This document shows, piece by piece, positions 27,748 to 32,000 of a stretch of DNA of 32,000 nucleotides; position 1 is the stretch's first letter, and each line of letters starts with the position of its first letter. A program made the position numbers and the translations under genes. The stretch is taken from the NCBI RefSeq assembly GCF_000014265.1, contig NC_008312.1:4260001-4292000 (forward strand), written 5' to 3'. The stretch comes from Trichodesmium erythraeum IMS101 (GTDB lineage Bacteria; Cyanobacteriota; Cyanobacteriia; Cyanobacteriales; Microcoleaceae). The notes under the pieces were generated by a model, which saw nothing but the letters and a program-made list of their open reading frames with translations, was not told the origin of the DNA and did not search any database.

Positions 27748-28979
27748 AATGATTTTTGCCGGCTCAACTCATAAAAATCTTTCCCATACACATAGCGACC
27801 ACGCAAAGCATTGATAGCAGCATTAAATCCTTGAGGACTCATCTCAAACATTGGCACAAACCGAGCAATTTCCCCAGCAGTCGTGCCTTGCCAACTATCA
27901 TTAGGCATAGGATTTAGCCAAGCATAATAACGGACTGACTGCCGAAGTTGTTCAATAAACCTCTGGGTGCACTCAATTCGCTCTGGGTTATAATTACTCC
28001 TGGCAGCTCCAGCATCACTGACCATAAGTACTCCTGCTCTTTCATCGATAGCTCCTAAAATATCTGTAATTAGTTGAGCTTTGAGGCGAGTTGGGTCACT
28101 ATAAAAATATATTTCAGGATAATTATAAAAATAATAAACACTCGCCTGCTCAATATTTCCACCCCGTCGAGCTTTATCTATTAATTGACGGGATAAATGA
28201 TGAAAAGGAATCATTGAGCCACCTTGATCAACCAGTAACACAAGTTTAACTCGATTTACATAATTTGGCATCAGCACCGCTTCAATTAAGATGCATTGCT
28301 GACAAATCTTGGCTACCGTAGCTGGTACATTCAACTTGTCCGATATACCTTGGGGGACTGAACGACTTAAAAAACGCCAACTCTGCTTAATCTGCCGAGG
28401 GGTCACTGGCAGGTATTGAGCAGCTAGATCTTGGTATTCAGAAATCATTTCATTAGACCTATTATAATGTCGGATAGCTTGAATGACCAGTTCTGGTTCA
28501 TCTATTTCTAGGGGAATATCAGTCAATGGACTCGGTTTTGACACAGGTATTTCTGGCTCTTTTAATGGAGCTTTTTCCTCAAGTTGCTCAGATATGTTGC
28601 GAACAGGCGTCGCTGTAGATGGTAAAGTCGAAGAGTCCATAACTTCCTCAGACTCCTTTGATACAGGTCTAGTTGAAGCGCTAGTTGGGGAGGGATTCGG
28701 TGTATCTTCGACAGGTTGTGGTAATTCAGCAGAAGAAGGAGCATTGGTTATTGCCCGACCTAGAAGTTGATGTAACAGGCGGGCCTCCTGTTCAGATTTT
28801 GTCCACAAAGTACAACATAGTCGTTCTAAAGAGTCGCGATCGCCTATACCAAACCCACCTTGCAATGCCCTCAGCACTAACATATAGTCTTCAACTCCCA
28901 AAGGCAAGCCATATTGGCGCAAACTGTAAAAAAGAGACAGTAAGACCTTCAACAAAGGTACTTCTTCAACGACATTCAT
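27744..28979 (-). CDS. von Willebrand factor A (vWA, CoxE-like) domain protein with Pro/Ser-rich linker
   Basis: The ATG at 28979 overlaps the MoxR stop (ATGA), with AGGAGG 7 nt upstream. LVLLVDQGGSM is a MIDAS-position motif (DxGxS where DxSxS is canonical). VLMVSDAGAA is a typical later vWA strand. The N-terminal helical region resembles CoxE-type proteins. Confidence 0.75.
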   Translation of the reverse strand: MNVVEEVPLLKVLLSLFYSLRQYGLPLGVEDYMLVLRALQGGFGIGDRDSLERLCCTLWTKSEQEARLLHQLLGRAITNAPSSAELPQPVEDTPNPSPTSASTRPVSKESEEVMDSSTLPSTATPVRNISEQLEEKAPLKEPEIPVSKPSPLTDIPLEIDEPELVIQAIRHYNRSNEMISEYQDLAAQYLPVTPRQIKQSWRFLSRSVPQGISDKLNVPATVAKICQQCILIEAVLMPNYVNRVKLVLLVDQGGSMIPFHHLSRQLIDKARRGGNIEQASVYYFYNYPEIYFYSDPTRLKAQLITDILGAIDERAGVLMVSDAGAARSNYNPERIECTQRFIEQLRQSVRYYAWLNPMPNDSWQGTTAGEIARFVPMFEMSPQGFNAAINALRGRYVYGKDFYELSRQKSL

Positions 28980-29923
28980 TTTCTTTCCTCCTGGGAGGAG
29001 TATAAATATTCTCTATAATCATGCCAATACTTAAGTAGAACTTGAGCAAAAGGCAGTTCACCGTTTAGCTTCCCTAATACCTCCTCTTCAGGATATTGTC
29101 GTAGAATGGTAAACCAATCAATTAACTCACTGGTACTTACCTTTTTACCAGTTTTGCCACTATCTCTCTCCATCTGTTTTCTCAGTTCACCAAAGCGCCA
29201 TACTGCTTTTCTCATAACCTCCGGTGCTGCCTCTGGAAAATGAGCCTTAACAATGTTAACCAATTCAGCTTCATTAGGAAATTCGATATAATAAAAAAGA
29301 CAACGACGTAAGAAAGCATCTGGTAAATCTTTTTCTTCATTACTGGTAATAAATATAATTGGTGGTTCTTTAGCCTTAATTTCGTATTCTTTCTCTACTT
29401 CTTTTTCTTGACTTTTTATCTCTGGTATGGTAAAGCGCTTTTCATCTAGCACCTGAAGCAAATCATTAGGGAAGTCAATATCAGCCTTATCAATTTCATC
29501 AATTAGAATTACAGTACGCTGGGAATTTTCAAAAGCACGACCCAGTGGCCCTAGTTTAATATAATTCCAAAGATTATCAACCCTAGAGAGTTTCTGTCCA
29601 TCAAGACGGGCTAGTTGGGCATCGTGGAGGCGAGCGATCGCATCGTAAGTGTAACAACCATCTTTAGCCTTGCTTGTAGACTGAATATACCAAGGTTCGT
29701 AGGGTAAACCTAGCTCATAAGCCACAGCCCTCGCCAAGCGAGTTTTACCACTACCAGGTTCCCCCTTCAACAATAAAGGACGTTTTTGTAAAAAAATAGT
29801 CAGATTAACTGCCTCAACCAACTCTGGTGAAGGTATATAAGGTTCAAGTCCATGCAGTTCGCACTCCTGTTCCGAAGGTTGTCTTTCCCCCGTATAGAGG
29901 CGAGGAATCACTGAATCAACCAT
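28976..29923 (-). CDS. MoxR-type AAA+ ATPase
   Basis: Walker A LLKGEPGSGKTRLA, Walker B VILIDEIDKAD, and sensor/Arg region ITSNEEKDLPDAFLRRC. The ORF track starts at a TTG (29944). I prefer the ATG at 29923 because AGGAGGG lies 9 nt upstream (29932-29938). Either start overlaps the upstream gene's end. Confidence 0.85.
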   Translation of the reverse strand: MVDSVIPRLYTGERQPSEQECELHGLEPYIPSPELVEAVNLTIFLQKRPLLLKGEPGSGKTRLARAVAYELGLPYEPWYIQSTSKAKDGCYTYDAIARLHDAQLARLDGQKLSRVDNLWNYIKLGPLGRAFENSQRTVILIDEIDKADIDFPNDLLQVLDEKRFTIPEIKSQEKEVEKEYEIKAKEPPIIFITSNEEKDLPDAFLRRCLFYYIEFPNEAELVNIVKAHFPEAAPEVMRKAVWRFGELRKQMERDSGKTGKKVSTSELIDWFTILRQYPEEEVLGKLNGELPFAQVLLKYWHDYREYLYSSQEERK

Positions 29924-31026
29924 TTGGCCAACCCTCCTTCCCAACTACGGCCACAGTAATCACAAATTTGTCTATAAACCAGCTCAGGAACACCTCCTTG
30001 AGATTTTTGGAGTAATTCATCAACAGATATACTCTCAGGTACCATATTTTTTCGTACAACACTATTTTTCCATGTTTCTAAATGATAGTATGAAAATTTA
30101 CCAGTTTCAGGTAAGCATAAAGGGTCCTTAGGATATTTTGAATTTTCAAACTTCCAAGTTAGGGAAACTCCTGATTTACAAACTATTCCTTTATCATCAA
30201 CCAAAAACATTAATAAATAAGTTTTTTGGTGAGTAGCTTTTTCGACTATTGGCCACCAAAATTTTTTAATTAAATCTGGTAAAAAACCTGTAAAAGTACG
30301 GTGGAGTCCTGAAAAAATAAAAATTAAATTTTGAGTTTCTAAACATTGTAAAATTGCATTAATAACCTGTTCGTCTGTAGTATTTGAACCAAAAAATTCA
30401 GAAGAAATTTTTCCCCATAATTCCCTAATATCGCTCATCCGAGTTAAATCCCTTTGGATTTTACGTCCATTACTTAATTCTGGCAATTTACGTAATAGCC
30501 TAGTAAGCAGAGCTTTCTGACCACAATTTTCATCATACCCATCAATCAGAAAAGCTCCCGTTCGTTTGTGTGATTTTTGGCATTTTATAGCTTTTCTAAC
30601 AGTATCTTCTTGTTCTGAAAAATCAATATCAATTATTGATTGAAACAACTGGCTGTTATTATTATTGCCTAAAGATGTTGATGAATTTAAGGGTAAAGAT
30701 GGATTTTCTAATTCTTTTTTAACCTTGTTCCATAAATTATTAATTCTATGCCACATCTCGTCTTCTTCATAGTATTCATCTCTCAAATTTTCCAAAAAAA
30801 TTATAAATATACACCCATATTCTTGATGTCTTGTTTTTATTAAAATATCCAGATTTAACATCACTAATAACCCTGGTGTATTAGCTTCTTTCAGTTTATT
30901 TGATACCACATTTAATTCCTTAATTGCCCCGCAAAAACTACGCAAGTATTGAAAATTGGTAAAAATGTCGCATTCTAAAAGAACATCCCTGCATTCTTTA
31001 TAAAGTTCTCCTGGTAGCCCACTCAT
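29908..31026 (-). CDS. EAD-type adaptor domain fused to a degenerate (probably inactive) P-loop NTPase-like domain
   Basis: N-terminus MSGLPGELYKECRDVLLECDIFTNFQYLRSF shares the ELY-x5-LL-[DE]-C-[DE]-x-F...L-x-S signature with the caspase N-terminus. The Walker-A position reads FLIDGYDENCGQKALL (no GK[ST]). The Walker-B position reads LIFIFSGLH (no Asp). It is the first gene of the MoxR-vWA operon. Confidence 0.65.
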   Translation of the reverse strand: MSGLPGELYKECRDVLLECDIFTNFQYLRSFCGAIKELNVVSNKLKEANTPGLLVMLNLDILIKTRHQEYGCIFIIFLENLRDEYYEEDEMWHRINNLWNKVKKELENPSLPLNSSTSLGNNNNSQLFQSIIDIDFSEQEDTVRKAIKCQKSHKRTGAFLIDGYDENCGQKALLTRLLRKLPELSNGRKIQRDLTRMSDIRELWGKISSEFFGSNTTDEQVINAILQCLETQNLIFIFSGLHRTFTGFLPDLIKKFWWPIVEKATHQKTYLLMFLVDDKGIVCKSGVSLTWKFENSKYPKDPLCLPETGKFSYYHLETWKNSVVRKNMVPESISVDELLQKSQGGVPELVYRQICDYCGRSWEGGLAKWLIQ

Positions 31027-31520
31027 ACAATTTTTTATAAAGATTGTATTACACTATTAATATATAATAATAGAAATCTACACCTATAGCATTTTTTTGG
31101 CAAACCCAGTTAAAAACCATCTTGATAATTTTGTCCCAACCTTTGAATTTCTTGCCCAGTCACATACCAAAAACTTACAGCAGGTCTACCATGCAGGAAA
31201 ACTGCTATATGATAATTTTCTGCAATCTTTTCTTAATATTCAACAGTTCTTGTCACAAGATATTATATTCATGACTTACCCAGAACTGCCATATCTAGCA
31301 TTTACCCCCTATGGTATTTGCCACCTACAGATAGCGCATTATCTAAGAGTTTGTGTAGGTCCTGTATATTTTAGTCATTTTTTTTTGATAATGACACTAC
31401 ATTTACTGTCATAGCCTAAGTCTTGTTAGAAAATGTTCTTGAGTTGCACTACCGCTTAACCAAACCTGTGATACTATCACTTTTTTATTCAAAATATTTG
31501 AAATTACTTCAAGTTATCAA

Positions 31521-32000
31521 CTACTCAGAATTCGAGCATTTCACCTTTGCTTCTTCAGGTGTTGAAAATTTGTCAGGAATAAACATGAAACCGGACGGCT
31601 GACTCGGACAACGATAAACCCGAATTGAGTTCAACGGTACTTTTTGACGATCGCCAGTCCCTGATTTAAATATAATTTCTCCTGTAGCCCCCTGAACGAT
31701 GAAATTTTCATCTGCCAATGTCTTCTGAATTCCTTTGCTAGTAGGGCGAGTACCTTGTTCCTGAATACCTTTAAGAATTACCTGCATTGCGTCATAGCTA
31801 AAAGCTGTACGGGCGCTAACATAACCTTCCCAAAGTTTGACAGCGGTATCAAAAAAATCAGAATTGTTGAGAGGATGCCCAGGAACAATCAAAATCAGTT
31901 TTTCTAGGAGTTGATATCGTGTTTCTTGGGATTGATCTTGAGCAATTTTCAAGGTTCTCGGGCTATAAACTGACCAATTAGCTACTATCCAATTTTGACC
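31521..32000 (-). CDS. Periplasmic substrate-binding protein (LivK/Peripla_BP_6-like), C-terminal part; 5' end beyond the window
   Basis: The frame stays open from 31952 to base 32000 (GQNWIVANWSVYSPRTLKIAQDQ...). AFSYDAMQVILKGIQEQG and VQGATGEIIFKSGTGDR match the family's C-lobe motifs. Confidence 0.55.
   Translation of the reverse strand, partial: GQNWIVANWSVYSPRTLKIAQDQSQETRYQLLEKLILIVPGHPLNNSDFFDTAVKLWEGYVSARTAFSYDAMQVILKGIQEQGTRPTSKGIQKTLADENFIVQGATGEIIFKSGTGDRQKVPLNSIRVYRCPSQPSGFMFIPDKFSTPEEAKVKCSNSE

Noticed and set aside
28483-29005. Plus-strand ORFs of 95 and 106 aa and a minus-strand 60-aa alternative-frame ORF inside the vWA gene
   Set aside because: They are nested in, or antisense to, a well-supported CDS, mostly in its Pro/Ser-rich linker, and show no motifs.
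29908-29944. Programmed frameshift or fusion between the 372-aa gene and the MoxR gene, suggested by the 37-nt overlap
   Set aside because: An ATG at 29923 with a well-spaced AGGAGGG explains the arrangement as ordinary translational coupling with a 16-nt overlap. No slippery heptamer was seen.

Overview
AT-rich cyanobacterial chromosome segment. Evidence for the taxon: at least 14 exact HIP1 octamers (GCGATCGC) in 32 kb, heptamer STRR-like tracts, and long non-coding spacers. The style resembles a filamentous Trichodesmium-like genome, but the organism cannot be proven from the sequence alone. Bases 1-11.9 kb have low coding density and hold mixed housekeeping and accessory genes. These are a degenerate sucC/sucD-like pair, an XRE regulator followed by a nonsense-riddled ImmA/IrrE pseudogene, a DUF3768-like protein, an aldo/keto reductase, a PD-(D/E)XK-type protein and a DUF4332-like protein. 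Bases 11.9-31.0 kb are almost entirely minus-strand and look like one large biological-conflict (defence / programmed-cell-death type) island made of two modules. Module II (11969-22600) encodes a 1711-aa protein (two tandem ClpC-type N-domains, about 15 x 46-aa TPR-like repeats, and a CHAT protease domain whose catalytic His is Arg). It also encodes a 500-aa protein ending in a Death-like adaptor domain, a 131-aa protein, a caspase-type (C14) protease starting with the same adaptor domain, and a signal-peptide/coiled-coil/multi-TM membrane protein. Module I (24496-31026) is a translationally coupled four-gene operon: adaptor domain plus degenerate P-loop protein, MoxR-type AAA+ ATPase, vWA protein, and a 1083-aa protein with about 14.5 copies of the same 46-aa repeat. 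The shared adaptor domain occurs three times. The near-identical repeat arrays vary at only about six positions per unit. The architecture matches computationally predicted vWA-MoxR / EAD-coupled caspase systems of multicellular bacteria, which to my knowledge remain experimentally uncharacterised. The island is punctuated by a 5 x 92-bp tandem array, a solo copy of that unit at the opposite boundary, and a dispersed ~85-nt hairpin element. All calls rest on reading the translations by eye; no database search was possible.
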